Origin: an uncultured Nitrospiraceae bacterium | GTDB taxonomy: Bacteria; Nitrospirota; Nitrospiria; Nitrospirales; Nitrospiraceae | Assembly: GCA_963730935.1 (NCBI GenBank) | Contig: CAVSTP010000004.1 | Location: forward strand, 1,408,001 to 1,472,000 | Direction: 5' to 3' | DNA length: 64,000 nt | In this document: piece after piece, positions 38,313-49,136 of the stretch | Numbering within the stretch: the first letter of the stretch is position 1 | Layout of the letters: each line of letters opens with the position of its first letter | The notes under the pieces: generated by a model | Told to the model about the DNA's origin: nothing | The model's database searches: none | The model's input: only the letters and a program-made list of their open reading frames with translations | Translations under genes and position numbers: made by a program

Positions 38313-40460
38313 ATGAGAATCTGGCCTGGGAGTCCCTATCCGTTGGGAGCCACGTGGGACGGCGAAGGAGTGAATTTCGCGCTGTTCTCTGAAAATGCGA
38401 CGGCCGTGGAGCTCTGTCTCTTCGGGAGATCGGACAGCCCTCTGGAGACGCACCGCATTCGGATCGAAGAATGCACTGACTTCGTCTGGCACGTCTACCT
38501 ACCCGAGATACGGCCCGGACAACTCTATGGCTACCGTGTCCACGGCCTGTACGACCCGGAAGTCGGCCTCCGATTCAACCCATCCAAGGTCCTGATCGAT
38601 CCGTACGCGAAGGCGATTGCCGGCAATATCGACTGGTCGGACGCGCTGTTCGGGTACCGGATCGGTGATCCGAAGGCCGACCTCTCCCTCGACGATCGGG
38701 ATAACGCCGGCTTCATACCCAAATGTGTCGTCGTCGACCAAGCGTTCACCTGGGGCGGCGACCAACTGTTGCGGACGGCGTGGGATCGGACGGTAATCTA
38801 CGAAGTGCATGTGCACGGATATACCGCGCGACACCCGGATGTCCCCAAGCACCTGCGCGGCACCTATGCCGGACTCGCGACGCCGGAAGTGATCGAGCAT
38901 CTGCAGCAGGTGGGTGTCACCGCCGTCGAACTTTTACCGGTCCATCACTTCATCCGCGACCATCACCTGATCGAGCGCGGTCTCACCAATTATTGGGGCT
39001 ATAACTCGATCGGGTTTTTCGCGCCGGACATTCGCTATGCGACCTCGTCGGATAGCGCCCACCATGTCTGGGAGTTCAAGACGATGGTCAAGGCGCTCCA
39101 CAACGCGGGCATCGAGGTCATCCTCGACGTGGTGTACAACCATACCGGAGAAGGCAATCACCTGGGCCCGACGCTGTCGTTTCGCGGGATCGACAACGCC
39201 TCGTACTATCGGCTGGTCCCCGACCACCCGCGCTACTATCAGGACTACACCGGCTGCGGCAACACGCTGAACGTCCGCCATCCCCGGGTCCTGCAACTCA
39301 TCATGGACAGCCTGCGATACTGGGTGCTCGAAATGCATGTGGACGGCTTCCGATTCGATCTCGCCTCCACGCTGGCGAGGGAGCTGCACGACGTGGACCG
39401 GCTCAGCGCGTTTTTCGACATCATTCATCAAGATCCGGTGCTCTCCCAAGTGAAACTGATCGCCGAACCCTGGGACTTGGGAGAAGGCGGCTACCAGGTC
39501 GGCAACTTTCCGGCTGGTTGGGCCGAGTGGAACGGCCGGTATCGCGACGCCATCCGGCGCTATTGGAAAGGCGACGGGGGGCAAGTGGCGGAGCTGGCCT
39601 ATCGGCTGTCCGGAAGCAGCGATCTCTACGAAGCAGGCGGCCGCCGGCCCCATGCGAGCATTAATTTCGTCACGGCGCACGACGGATTCCCCTTGCACGA
39701 TCTCGTCTCGTACAACCAGAAGCACAACGAAGCCAACGGGGAGGAAAACCGTGACGGCACGGACGACAATCTCAGCTGGAACTGCGGCGTGGAGGGACCG
39801 ACAACGAAGCCGTCGATCGTGGCACTGCGGGAACGACAGAAGCGCAACATGCTCGCCACGTTGCTCTTGTCACAAGGGGTCCCGATGCTCTGCGGCGGCG
39901 ACGAAATGGGGCGGACACAACATGGCAATAACAACGCGTATTGCCAGGACAGTGAGATCAGCTGGGTGGACTGGACGCTCAACAAACCGCAGCAGGCGCT
40001 CCTGACCTTCACCAGGGGCCTCATCGCGCTGCGGCAGAAACATCCGGTGTTCCGGCGCCGCCGGTTCTTCCAAGGCCGCCGTATCCGCGGGACGGAAGTC
40101 AAAGATCTCTACTGGCTGCGCCCCGACGGAAAAGAGATGACGGATGAGGACTGGGCCCTAGGCTATGTCCGCTGTCTGGGCGTCCGGTTGGCCGGCGACG
40201 CAATGGACGAGAAAGACTCAAAGGGAAAACCACTTCAGGACGAAACCTTCCTCGTGCTGCTCAACGCGCACCACGAGCCCAGGCCATTTACGCTGCCCGC
40301 GCACAAGCGCGGCGTACGATGGCAACCGGTGTTTGACACCGCCCTCTATGACAAGAACGGAAAGCCAGTCACGCTCTTGAGGGGGGGAGATCAGTATGAT
40401 CTCGAAGCCCGCTCACTCGCCGTGCTCCGCTTGCGACCCAAACAGTCCCCCGTCCCATAA
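38313..40460 (+). CDS. glgX: Glycogen debranching enzyme (GH13)
   Basis: [51 protein letters not shown]. Confidence 0.96.
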   Translation: MRIWPGSPYPLGATWDGEGVNFALFSENATAVELCLFGRSDSPLETHRIRIEECTDFVWHVYLPEIRPGQLYGYRVHGLYDPEVGLRFNPSKVLIDPYAKAIAGNIDWSDALFGYRIGDPKADLSLDDRDNAGFIPKCVVVDQAFTWGGDQLLRTAWDRTVIYEVHVHGYTARHPDVPKHLRGTYAGLATPEVIEHLQQVGVTAVELLPVHHFIRDHHLIERGLTNYWGYNSIGFFAPDIRYATSSDSAHHVWEFKTMVKALHNAGIEVILDVVYNHTGEGNHLGPTLSFRGIDNASYYRLVPDHPRYYQDYTGCGNTLNVRHPRVLQLIMDSLRYWVLEMHVDGFRFDLASTLARELHDVDRLSAFFDIIHQDPVLSQVKLIAEPWDLGEGGYQVGNFPAGWAEWNGRYRDAIRRYWKGDGGQVAELAYRLSGSSDLYEAGGRRPHASINFVTAHDGFPLHDLVSYNQKHNEANGEENRDGTDDNLSWNCGVEGPTTKPSIVALRERQKRNMLATLLLSQGVPMLCGGDEMGRTQHGNNNAYCQDSEISWVDWTLNKPQQALLTFTRGLIALRQKHPVFRRRRFFQGRRIRGTEVKDLYWLRPDGKEMTDEDWALGYVRCLGVRLAGDAMDEKDSKGKPLQDETFLVLLNAHHEPRPFTLPAHKRGVRWQPVFDTALYDKNGKPVTLLRGGDQYDLEARSLAVLRLRPKQSPVP

Positions 40461-40464
40461 AAAC

Positions 40465-40800
40465 GAGGGGGGATGGATCAGTCTGGTCAGTCCTTGTGCT
40501 CGCGAAAGGGTCAGCGGTTGGACATGTAACCACTGCCCCCGCGATGGGTGAAACCGCACGGCTCCGCCGCTGCTCGGCTCCGCAACTCGGTCCGTCCTGG
40601 ACTTCGTCCGAACGGACCATCGAACAGTGCGTCTCGCCATCGATAAAGATCGACCGCAGCAGCGGCGCCGTCCATCCCTCGCAAGTCGCAGGTGGTTCCA
40701 CGTCCAACCGATGGAAAACAGACAGCATGCGCGCACATTTGGACTGATCCACGCTGCTCCTTATGGGAAGGAGCAAGCGAGCTTGGAAGGATCACTTGTA
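40465..40800 (+). repeat. Composite copy of the modular intergenic repeat
   Basis: CTCGGTCCGTC...GAACGGACC...GCGTCTCGCCATCG core; ends CAAGCGAGCTTGGAAGGATCA. Confidence 0.85.
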
Positions 40801-40916
40801 AGTCGGTGCTCGCATGGGCTAAGCGAAAGGCACCGAGAATTAGATGAGGGATTTGACTAGTCTGGACGGATCGCGGACGATGCTAAGACTGAACCAGGAG
40901 TTTTACGGAGGGGCCC

Positions 40917-42470
40917 ATGAGTGAGAGCGGCGGAGGGGCGCTACCTGGCCCCGATCTAGGCACAGATGGAGCGGCATCGAGCGAACTCCGCGACGGAGGC
41001 GTGTTCCTCGGCCACTTTAATGGAGAACCGGTGCTGCTGGTACGCAAGGGCACGGCCGTGCATGCCATGGGAGCCAAGTGCACGCACTATGGGGGCCCTC
41101 TGGCCGAAGGTCTGTTCGATGGATCGACCGTTCGCTGTCCTTGGCATCACGCCTGTTTTCGACCCGAAACGGGAGAAGCCGTTCATGCTCCGGCCATCGA
41201 TCCAGTGCCCTGTTATACGGTTGAGCACCGTGGCGGCCGCCTGTTTGTGACAGGGACGACATCCCAGCCTGCTGCCCCTGCTCTGTCCACCTCTGTCCCG
41301 TCATCCGTCGTCATTGTGGGAGGTGGGGCGGCCGGATTTGCCGCCGCTGAGATGCTCAGGCGCCGGGGCTATCAACAACCGGTGACCATCATCTCGGCCG
41401 ATGAAGACGGTCCTTATGACCGCCCGAATATTTCGAAGGATTATTTGGCCGGCAACGCCCCGGAAGAATGGATTCCGCTCCGGCCACCTGATTGGTACCA
41501 GAAGACCAGAGTCGATCTGCTCACGAGCCGGCGAGTGGTCAGACTCCTTCCCGACAAGCGCTCGGTCGAGCTCGACGACGGCCGCCATCTCGAATACGGA
41601 GCCTTATTGCTCGCAACCGGCGCATCGCCGATCAGGCTGGATGTTCCTGGCGCCCAATTGCCGCACGTCCACTATCTCCGGACCTTGGGAGACAGCCGCA
41701 CGATCATCGAGCGCGCGACACGGGCGCGACGCGCGGTGATTGTCGGTGCCAGTTTTATCGGATTGGAGGTCGCGGCTTCCCTCCGGACGAGGAACCTCGA
41801 CGTGCACGTGGTGGCACCAGAGGAGATTCCCATGCAACGGGTGCTCGGCGACGAGCTAGGCCGATTCGTACGCGGGCTGCATGAGCAACATGGCGTGCAG
41901 TTCCACCTGGGACAGACCGTCGCGTCGATCGCCGAGCAATCCATCACGATGAAGAACGGGACGAAGCTTGATGCCGACCTGGTGGTCGTGGGAATTGGTG
42001 TCCGACCGAATATGGAATTGGCTAAGCAAGCTGGGTTGGCAGTCGATGGCGGTGTCCAGGTGGATGAATACTTGCGCACGAACGTGCCCGAGATATGGGC
42101 CGCCGGCGACATCGCACGCTGGCCGGACCGCTACACCGGCACATCCATACGGGTCGAGCATTGGGTCGTGGCCGAACAGCATGGTCAAGCCGCCGCACGA
42201 AACATCTTGGGTGCCAATCAGCCGTACGCCATCGTTCCCTTTTTCTGGAGCGCCCATTACGACGTGACGATCGGCTACGTGGGCTTTGCGCACGAATGGG
42301 ATGACGTCAGCGTGATAGGAAGCATCGCGGATCGCGATTGCTTGGTCGCCTATCGCAAGAACGGAAAAACCCTGGCGGTGGCTTCCGTGAACCGCGATGC
42401 CGAGTCCCTGCGGATACAGGTTGCGATGGAGCGCGGCGATGTCGCCGCAGTTGAGGCCTCTCTTCGGTGA
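40917..42470 (+). CDS. Rieske ferredoxin-FAD/NAD(P)H reductase fusion (AIF-like)
   Basis: CTH...CPWH Rieske ligands; GGGAAG; GASFIG; WAAGD; RVEHW; PFFWS. Confidence 0.92.
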   Translation: MSESGGGALPGPDLGTDGAASSELRDGGVFLGHFNGEPVLLVRKGTAVHAMGAKCTHYGGPLAEGLFDGSTVRCPWHHACFRPETGEAVHAPAIDPVPCYTVEHRGGRLFVTGTTSQPAAPALSTSVPSSVVIVGGGAAGFAAAEMLRRRGYQQPVTIISADEDGPYDRPNISKDYLAGNAPEEWIPLRPPDWYQKTRVDLLTSRRVVRLLPDKRSVELDDGRHLEYGALLLATGASPIRLDVPGAQLPHVHYLRTLGDSRTIIERATRARRAVIVGASFIGLEVAASLRTRNLDVHVVAPEEIPMQRVLGDELGRFVRGLHEQHGVQFHLGQTVASIAEQSITMKNGTKLDADLVVVGIGVRPNMELAKQAGLAVDGGVQVDEYLRTNVPEIWAAGDIARWPDRYTGTSIRVEHWVVAEQHGQAAARNILGANQPYAIVPFFWSAHYDVTIGYVGFAHEWDDVSVIGSIADRDCLVAYRKNGKTLAVASVNRDAESLRIQVAMERGDVAAVEASLR

Positions 42471-42502
42471 CGGTAAGAGGATCAACCATTCCTGTCCGAT
42501 GA

Positions 42503-42718
42503 CTAACGGGACACAGGCTCGGGCTCAGGATGGTTCAGAGACTGAAATAGTGTCGAGGTATTGAAGCGATGAGCGGGATTCAATGGATGATCCACCTGAA
42601 CGCTCTTATTGTGAGTGTTCCGATATGCCCTGAGAGCTGCTTGCACGACACGCAGAAGAAATTCGGTTTCGTTCTCGGCTCGGGGAACTTCAAAGACGAC
42701 TATGGACGACGACATCAA
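42503..42718 (-). CDS. Hypothetical protein
   Basis: 71-aa ORF with AGGAGG SD. Confidence 0.5.
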   Translation of the reverse strand: MMSSSIVVFEVPRAENETEFLLRVVQAALRAYRNTHNKSVQVDHPLNPAHRFNTSTLFQSLNHPEPEPVSR

Positions 42719-42779
42719 ACCTCCTGATTATGTGTGAATGACACCGGCGACTCCCGAATGTTCTGACACGCATGGAGCA

Positions 42780-43430
42780 CTAGGAGGCCGTGTTGTCACT
42801 GAGCTCGGCATAGTGCTGGGCCCAGGCCAGGAACATGTCCCCACTGTCGTGCATGAGCTCTGCGCCCTTCCGCAACGTATCGACCAACTTGTCAGGTTTT
42901 CCTTCTTCCCTGAGGTCTGCAGCGCGGCGTTCCAAGGCTGGCGCCAACTTGGCCATCAACGCGGCCATCTCACCCAGGAGTTGCAGGACGTCATGTTCCT
43001 TCTCCCGCGGGGCTCCTGTTTCCACCACCACCTCGCCGCTTGCTGCGGCTTTGGCCTTGGACGGGTGCGGAAAGAGCTGCGAGAGGCGATCGACGAGGAT
43101 CTGTGCTTCCGGCGTGCTGGTGCGTCTCGGCTCGCTGGCAACATGATCCCACGCCAGCGTGTGGATGCCCGCCTCGGTCAGCCCCACGCGGATGGTCTCC
43201 GCCATCGCCTCTACGGTCAGTTCGGTCCAGGGCCGCAAGTCTAACACCCGCTGGTCCGCCCTTCGGGGAGGCGGGCTCTCGTGGATGAGCACCCAACAAC
43301 GGTCAAACATCGAGGTGCGGAGTGTGCTCGGTATGTTGAGCACGGTCAGCCGTGAGGTGCAGAGTGCCGTCACCAACAGCACGAACTGAAGATCGGGCAT
43401 CTCAGGACGATGAATGTCGAGCGTCTGCAC
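42780..43430 (-). CDS. Hypothetical protein
   Basis: 216-aa ORF, AGGAG SD, co-oriented with the oxidoreductase cluster. Confidence 0.65.
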   Translation of the reverse strand: MQTLDIHRPEMPDLQFVLLVTALCTSRLTVLNIPSTLRTSMFDRCWVLIHESPPPRRADQRVLDLRPWTELTVEAMAETIRVGLTEAGIHTLAWDHVASEPRRTSTPEAQILVDRLSQLFPHPSKAKAAASGEVVVETGAPREKEHDVLQLLGEMAALMAKLAPALERRAADLREEGKPDKLVDTLRKGAELMHDSGDMFLAWAQHYAELSDNTAS

Positions 43431-43502
43431 GGTCTGTGGACTCCTATGTGAGGCGTCTGAATGTCATCTGGGGCGACGCCCCCGCGCCCCTGACAACTCG
43501 AC

Positions 43503-43745
43503 TCACTCGCCGGCATGTTCTTGGAAAAAGGCGTCGACGCGTTCGAGCAGTTGTGCCTTGATTTCATCCGCCGTGCCATTCGTCACATGCAGCGTCATCC
43601 TGCCCGCCGAACCGTCCGGCAGTGCTAGGGAGGCCTGAGCATCTGCCGGTTCGTGTGTCTTGACCTTATCCAACCGCATGCCGTAGCTCAGCGTATAGCG
43701 TATTTGAGGCTTCTCGAGCGTTGCCTGTGTGTGCGCGTTTGCCAT
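43503..43745 (-). CDS. Small hypothetical protein downstream of the oxidoreductase beta gene
   Basis: 80-aa ORF with GAGG SD, operon position. Confidence 0.7.
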   Translation of the reverse strand: MANAHTQATLEKPQIRYTLSYGMRLDKVKTHEPADAQASLALPDGSAGRMTLHVTNGTADEIKAQLLERVDAFFQEHAGE

Positions 43746-43791
43746 AATTCGCCTCTGTGATCGGCCACGGTCGACGATCCGGCCTTGGTGA

Positions 43792-44682
43792 TTAGGCTTG
43801 TGCGATCGCCGCTACCGGTTTCTGGACGAACTCTTTGTACCCGTACCGCGCCGTCAAATATTCCTTGGCCTCATCGCTGACATATTCGGCAAATTTATAG
43901 CGATCATCCTCGACGGTCTTGGCGTCCGCCATCACCTGGTCCGTCGGAATCGCATATTCGATATTGCAGGACGTATAGGCTTGAATATAGGTCGGACCGA
44001 CCTCACGGGCGATCAGCACCGCCTTCTTAATACAGCTTTCCACCCGACGCGGATTATTCGGCACGACGGTGGCGATGTAGGCACAGCCGGCGATTTTGGC
44101 CATGGCCACCATGTCCATCTTCTCGAATTTCTTGCCGAGCGGCGCCATCTTGAGCACCGCCCCTCTGGTCGTCATGCCGCTTTCTTGTCCGCCCGTGTTG
44201 CCGTACACCTCATTATCCAGCATGATTGTCGTGAAGCGTTCCTTCCGGAACCACGAATGGAGTACCTGCTGAAATCCGATGTCGGCCGTGCCGCCGTCGC
44301 CCGCCATCACGACGACATCCTTGGGCTGATCGCCGAATCGGATGCGCAAGCCACGCGACAAGCCGCTGGCCACGCCGTTTTGGTCGCCGTAGTTGCCGTA
44401 CACGAAGGGAATGGCCGCCTGCGAAATCGCCAGCCGGCCGCATCCCGCCGTCCCGACCATGATCGTGTCTTCGGGATTGGGGACTGCGATGACCGCCAAC
44501 CGGATGAACAGCGTCATGGCGCAGCCGGCGCACATCGGATGTTCCTCGAGAATTTCCTTGAAACTCCCCATCTGCGAGACCGTGGTCTTCTTCCCGAATG
44601 GCCCGTGCTCCACCATGTCGCGGTACTCTTTCGGCATGAACGCTTCAAATCCTGGTGAAAACTTCACATAATTGAGACTCAT
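43792..44682 (-). CDS. porB: Pyruvate/2-oxoacid:ferredoxin oxidoreductase beta subunit
   Basis: HPMCAGC, TAGC, GDGG...DNEVYGNTGGQ TPP motif, TSC; substrate specificity not determinable here. Confidence 0.88.
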   Translation of the reverse strand: MSLNYVKFSPGFEAFMPKEYRDMVEHGPFGKKTTVSQMGSFKEILEEHPMCAGCAMTLFIRLAVIAVPNPEDTIMVGTAGCGRLAISQAAIPFVYGNYGDQNGVASGLSRGLRIRFGDQPKDVVVMAGDGGTADIGFQQVLHSWFRKERFTTIMLDNEVYGNTGGQESGMTTRGAVLKMAPLGKKFEKMDMVAMAKIAGCAYIATVVPNNPRRVESCIKKAVLIAREVGPTYIQAYTSCNIEYAIPTDQVMADAKTVEDDRYKFAEYVSDEAKEYLTARYGYKEFVQKPVAAIAQA

Positions 44683-44764
44683 CGAACACCGTCCTCTCTT
44701 GTGGGTCGGCGCAGGCGCGCCGATAAGCAAATTGTTCTTGTCTGGTCGGCCCGCGCCTTTCCGG

Positions 44765-45973
44765 TCAACCCCCGCGTCCGGCCAATACCTCGGATCGGAC
44801 GCCGAGCGCCTTCTTGATTTCTTCCACGATGATTTCCGGCGGCATGGTCATGCCCCCGCACACACGCGGTCCGGCAATGACTCGCTCGGGGCGGGGGATC
44901 GTCGATTTGATCTCCCGTGCCAGCCACCCGATGACATTGAACTCGGGCACGATGATATGTGTGGCATGCTTGGTGGCTTCCCGGAGTTCTTCCTGCGGCC
45001 AAGGCCGGAGTGTCTTGATCTTCACCAGCCCCACACGGATGCCTTCATCGGCCAGCAGACGGATGGCTTCACGCCCTTGAGAGACCGCGGTTCCGGACGC
45101 CACGATGAGCACCTCGGCATCAAGGTTCTCGGTATCGATCAGTCCATCCAGCCAGGCGATCGTATGCTTCCGGGACCGTTCCGCGGCAGCCCAGATTTCC
45201 TGCTGCCAGCTCGCATGCGTGGCGTAGCTGATGTAGTTGCTCTTCATGACGAACGGATCGCGCATCATGCGGACCGGGGGACATTCCATGTCCATGCAGG
45301 GAACCGGCGACCGGTACGGATCGTAGGGCGGCAGGCACATGTCGGCGGGGGTCAGATCGACGGTATCTTTCGTATGGGTCACGAAGAAGCCATCGCAACA
45401 GAGGGCCAAGGGCAAATGCACATCCGGCTCTTCCGAGACCATGTAGCCTTTGAGAATCCAATCGTAAAAGTCCTGAGCCGTCTCCGCGTGCCAGACCAGC
45501 ATGCCGGTGTTCATCAGATAGGCGATCTCGATCGTGTCCGGCTGGATCGAGAGGGGTGAATTGATGCCTCGGCAGGTGACGATGCATTGGATCGGCAAGC
45601 GCGCCCCGGCCCACATGGGGAAGTTTTCCATTGCGCGCAGCGTGCCAGGCCCGGCGGTCGTCGTAAAGACACGGGCCCCGCCGAACGCAGAGCCGGCGCA
45701 TTGCGACATGACGGCAAATTCGCTTTCGCCGCGGAAGTAGTCGCCGATATAGCCCTCGGCAAAGAGTTCGCCGCAAAGGGCGGCTGCTTCGCTCTGGGGT
45801 GTTATGGGATAGGCCACCATAACATCGACGTTGGCGCGCCTCACGGCTTCTTTGATGACTTCGCTCCCGGTGTAGAACGACGGTGTGCGAGGCGCCTCGT
45901 TCATCATGACGCGGGGGTCGGTGATGACCTGGCCTTTTTTATTTTGTGTTCCGATGACTGATACGGTTTCCAT
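44765..45973 (-). CDS. porA: Pyruvate/2-oxoacid:ferredoxin oxidoreductase alpha subunit
   Basis: AYPITPQSE, ESEF, TTTAGPG, LRPWP. Confidence 0.88.
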   Translation of the reverse strand: METVSVIGTQNKKGQVITDPRVMMNEAPRTPSFYTGSEVIKEAVRRANVDVMVAYPITPQSEAAALCGELFAEGYIGDYFRGESEFAVMSQCAGSAFGGARVFTTTAGPGTLRAMENFPMWAGARLPIQCIVTCRGINSPLSIQPDTIEIAYLMNTGMLVWHAETAQDFYDWILKGYMVSEEPDVHLPLALCCDGFFVTHTKDTVDLTPADMCLPPYDPYRSPVPCMDMECPPVRMMRDPFVMKSNYISYATHASWQQEIWAAAERSRKHTIAWLDGLIDTENLDAEVLIVASGTAVSQGREAIRLLADEGIRVGLVKIKTLRPWPQEELREATKHATHIIVPEFNVIGWLAREIKSTIPRPERVIAGPRVCGGMTMPPEIIVEEIKKALGVRSEVLAGRGG

Positions 45974-46007
45974 GGATCCACCCTCCTCTAGCTTGCTGCG
46001 CAGCGAG

Positions 46008-46328
46008 TCATGCGCTGAATGAACTGCCGCATCCACAGGTCGTTTTGGCCTGCGGGTTCTTGATGGCAAAACCGGAGCCTTGCATCGTGTCCTGGTAATC
46101 CACTTCGCAGCCGACCAGCAGCGGAGCGCTTTGCGAATCCATAATGACTTTGACGTCACCCTTTTCGATGACCGTGTCGTCCTCGCCTACCTGGGACTCG
46201 AAGGCCATGCCGTATTGGTAGCCATGGCAGCCGCCGCCTTTTACAAATACTCGAAGACCAATCGTGTCTTTCTCTTCCTGCATCAGCTCTCGGATTTTCC
46301 CTTCAGCCACTGACGTCATCGTAATCAT
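46008..46328 (-). CDS. A-type Fe-S cluster carrier (IscA/ErpA/HesB)
   Basis: GGGCHGYQY...NPQAKTTCGCGSSF; AAGGAGG SD. Confidence 0.95.
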   Translation of the reverse strand: MITMTSVAEGKIRELMQEEKDTIGLRVFVKGGGCHGYQYGMAFESQVGEDDTVIEKGDVKVIMDSQSAPLLVGCEVDYQDTMQGSGFAIKNPQAKTTCGCGSSFSA

Positions 46329-47041
46329 GTCATCCTCCTTCGGGTCGATAAGCGCTCCGGGCGCAGTAGGCCATTCCATGCGGAAGGACTACTCTCAGCC
46401 CGGGGGCGGAGTCGCCTCCGGTCATAATGTTTTGTTGCAAGAACACTCTGGCGTAGAAGCGGCGGAGACCTGGGAATCAATCGCGCTAGGGAGGGTACGG
46501 CAGAGGCGCGAAGAATAGGAAAGTCGGCGTGGCTCAATACGTCATAGGATCACCCTGAGCGCATTAGGGAGCGGAGTCAAGCGCTATTAAGGGGTGCAGG
46601 TTCGTTCAAATGATCCTCCGTGACGAGCAACCTGCGAGCAATCTGCGAGCAACCGGCACTCAGACCGCGGGCATTGCCTCATCTCAGTCCGTAACATCCC
46701 CATATCATGGATGTATTGCAGACACCTATTTATAATAGTTGACTTCGACCCTCATTGCGCCCAAGGTGGGTTTCAGGTGTGACGCTCCGTTGACTGTCCC
46801 ATCCTTCCGCTTCCGACTGCTTCCCAGCGAGAACGATTTCCCAGTCTCCGTCGTGTTTGCACAGGGACGCTCTGATTCGTTGCCTGGTGGTGTCATGGTC
46901 TGCGAATGGAGGCGGCCCAGGACTCCGGCCACTGCGTCAGAGGCCTGTCGGGTTCACTTTCACACCATAAGAGAGGAGTTGAGAGAGAACGGGATAATGC
47001 AGCGGGCCGTATGTACTAAGGAGGAGAAGGAGGAGAATGAG

Positions 47042-47278
47042 ATGAACGCTGATCAACTCAAAGGAAGATGGATGCAGTTCAAAGGCGAACTGAAAGAGAA
47101 GTGGGGGAAGTTTACCGATAACGACTTGACGGAGATCGAGGGGAGCTATGAGAAGTTTGTCGGCAAGGCCCAAGAGCGGTATGGGGACAAGAAGAGTGAG
47201 CTGATGAAGTGGGCGGAGGCATGGCATGCAAAGCCGGCGACTGAGGCCGAGGGAAAGAACAACATTCCCGTTGCATGA
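47042..47278 (+). CDS. CsbD/YjbJ-family stress protein
   Basis: MNADQLKGRWMQFKGELKEKWGKFTDNDL...GKAQERYG. Confidence 0.9.
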   Translation: MNADQLKGRWMQFKGELKEKWGKFTDNDLTEIEGSYEKFVGKAQERYGDKKSELMKWAEAWHAKPATEAEGKNNIPVA

Positions 47279-47337
47279 CGGCAAAGCACACAAGACGAAC
47301 ACATGGACACACTTTTACTTTGCGGTTAAGGAGAAAG

Positions 47338-47889
47338 ATGATGCACACAAAGATGGTATTAACGTTCTGTACAGCTTCGGTACTCGGTGGGGCGCTCATC
47401 GCCGGCTCAGTGTTCGGCAAGGCCGATGAGAAGAACATGAGCGACTCGTGGATCACAGCCAAGACCAAAATTGCGCTGTTTGCCGATTCCCGAGTGAAGG
47501 GCAGCGACATCAGTGTTGCGACGACCGACGGCGCGGTGACGATCCGCGGGAAGGTCGATAGCGCTGAAGCGAAGCAGGCCGCGGAAGGCGTCGCCAAGAG
47601 CGTAGATGGGGCGAAGACGGTCAAGAACGATTTGCAAGTCGTCGCTCCGTCCAAGCGCGAGGCGACCGATGACAAGGATGACGCGATCACGGCTCGCGTG
47701 AACGACCAGATGGCGAAAGACACGCAACTGAAGAACGCCGGCATTAAGGCCCAGACGAATGCAGGCGTGGTCTCCTTGACCGGCGAAGTGGCCGATCTTG
47801 CGACCAGTGCCCAGGCGTCTTGGTCAGCCTGGCAAGTGCCCGGCGTGAAATCCGTGAAGAACGACCTGAGGGTGAAAGAAAAAGCCTGA
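47338..47889 (+). CDS. Dual-BON-domain protein (OsmY-like)
   Basis: Signal peptide; DSWITAKTK...GAKTVKNDL and DDAITARV...GVKSVKNDL. Confidence 0.92.
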   Translation: MMHTKMVLTFCTASVLGGALIAGSVFGKADEKNMSDSWITAKTKIALFADSRVKGSDISVATTDGAVTIRGKVDSAEAKQAAEGVAKSVDGAKTVKNDLQVVAPSKREATDDKDDAITARVNDQMAKDTQLKNAGIKAQTNAGVVSLTGEVADLATSAQASWSAWQVPGVKSVKNDLRVKEKA

Positions 47890-48147
47890 GGCGTTCCTTC
47901 TAGAGCACGCTCTTCGTCCGTCGAGGCCGCATCAGTGGCACCGACGGGCGACAGGGTGGCTCACCCAATTCACCATGAACCCTTCGATTCGCCCGATGCA
48001 CACAATGCACTGGGGCAGTAGCTAGTCGCGCATCCGCCCGCCGCAGTCCTTCCCGAGTCAATTGACCACGCTGATTGTCGTCGCGCCCCGTGCTCGCGAC
48101 CGTCACACATTGCAGATAACAGACTTAATCAAGGGAGGGAGAATCCT

Positions 48148-48999
48148 ATGAAACAGACACGCTATGCAACAACGGCAACGATGCTCTCACTGGGCACGTT
48201 ATGGATGGTCGGCATTGTGTCTCCTGTCATGGCCGATAACGGATTTGGTGCGGCTCAAGAACGGTCTGACCGCCAGAAAGAGCAACGCGGTCCTTCAATT
48301 AGAGAAGAGGCCACGAGCGAGGCGACCGAAACCCGCCTTCCCGGAAACCGCCGTGTCACCGGCCACGTCAAGGATATCCGCGGGCAGCAAATGGAAATCG
48401 CCATCGGCAATCTCCAGACGATGTCTGTGCCGGTGAAGATGGCGACGGACAGAGGAGAAACCTTCAAGCCGGGCGATGAGATCGTCGTCACGTTGAGCGA
48501 TCACAATTCCATCGTGGACTACCACCATCCCAATGAAGCCTCGCATCACCAGGTCATCCGTGGCAAATTGACCACGCCCCTCACCGTCGGGCTCGATAAA
48601 GCGGTGATTGAAACGGATCAAGGGACCAAGACCTTTCTCGTGGCGGAACGCGCAAAAGGGAAATTGACGGCGATGCCGGTCGGCGCGGAAGTCCTGTTCA
48701 TGGCGGATGAAACCGGCCGTCTAGTTGACGCGCAGCTCGCGAGCGCGGACGCGGTCCACCAATCCGCGCTGAACAACAAAGCGCACATCAAGGGCGCCCA
48801 TGCGCAACTGAAGGCCGTGTATCAAGGCAGGGCCGGTGAAGACCGCATGATGATTACCGCTGAAGGTCAAAAGCGCGAAGTGCCGTTCCGGGCTCCACTC
48901 CGCAAGCTGGATCGCCTAAAGCCGGGGCAGGAAGTCGTCCTTCTGATGGATGACGCCGGCTATGTCATGGAGGTTTCGACACCCGATCTGATGCCGTGA
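48148..48999 (+). CDS. Exported hypothetical protein with three repeated small beta-barrel-like units
   Basis: Signal peptide; KPGDEIVV / PVGAEVLF / KPGQEVVL repeats. Confidence 0.75.
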   Translation: MKQTRYATTATMLSLGTLWMVGIVSPVMADNGFGAAQERSDRQKEQRGPSIREEATSEATETRLPGNRRVTGHVKDIRGQQMEIAIGNLQTMSVPVKMATDRGETFKPGDEIVVTLSDHNSIVDYHHPNEASHHQVIRGKLTTPLTVGLDKAVIETDQGTKTFLVAERAKGKLTAMPVGAEVLFMADETGRLVDAQLASADAVHQSALNNKAHIKGAHAQLKAVYQGRAGEDRMMITAEGQKREVPFRAPLRKLDRLKPGQEVVLLMDDAGYVMEVSTPDLMP

Positions 49000-49104
49000 C
49001 GGCCGAGATAGTGTCTCTCCGTCACCGGAGCGCACAAAGGCGATGGTGGCGGGGCGGTGCTCGCATTGGTAAATCGCACGATTTTCGATGGGGCGCTGTG
49101 AGAT

Positions 49105-49136
49105 ACATCGCTTGAGCAGGAAAGCGCCATCCACCT
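49105..49136 (-). repeat. Short remnant of the modular repeat
   Basis: CATCGCTTGAGCAGGAAAGCGCCATCCACC matches 59955-59985. Confidence 0.7.
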
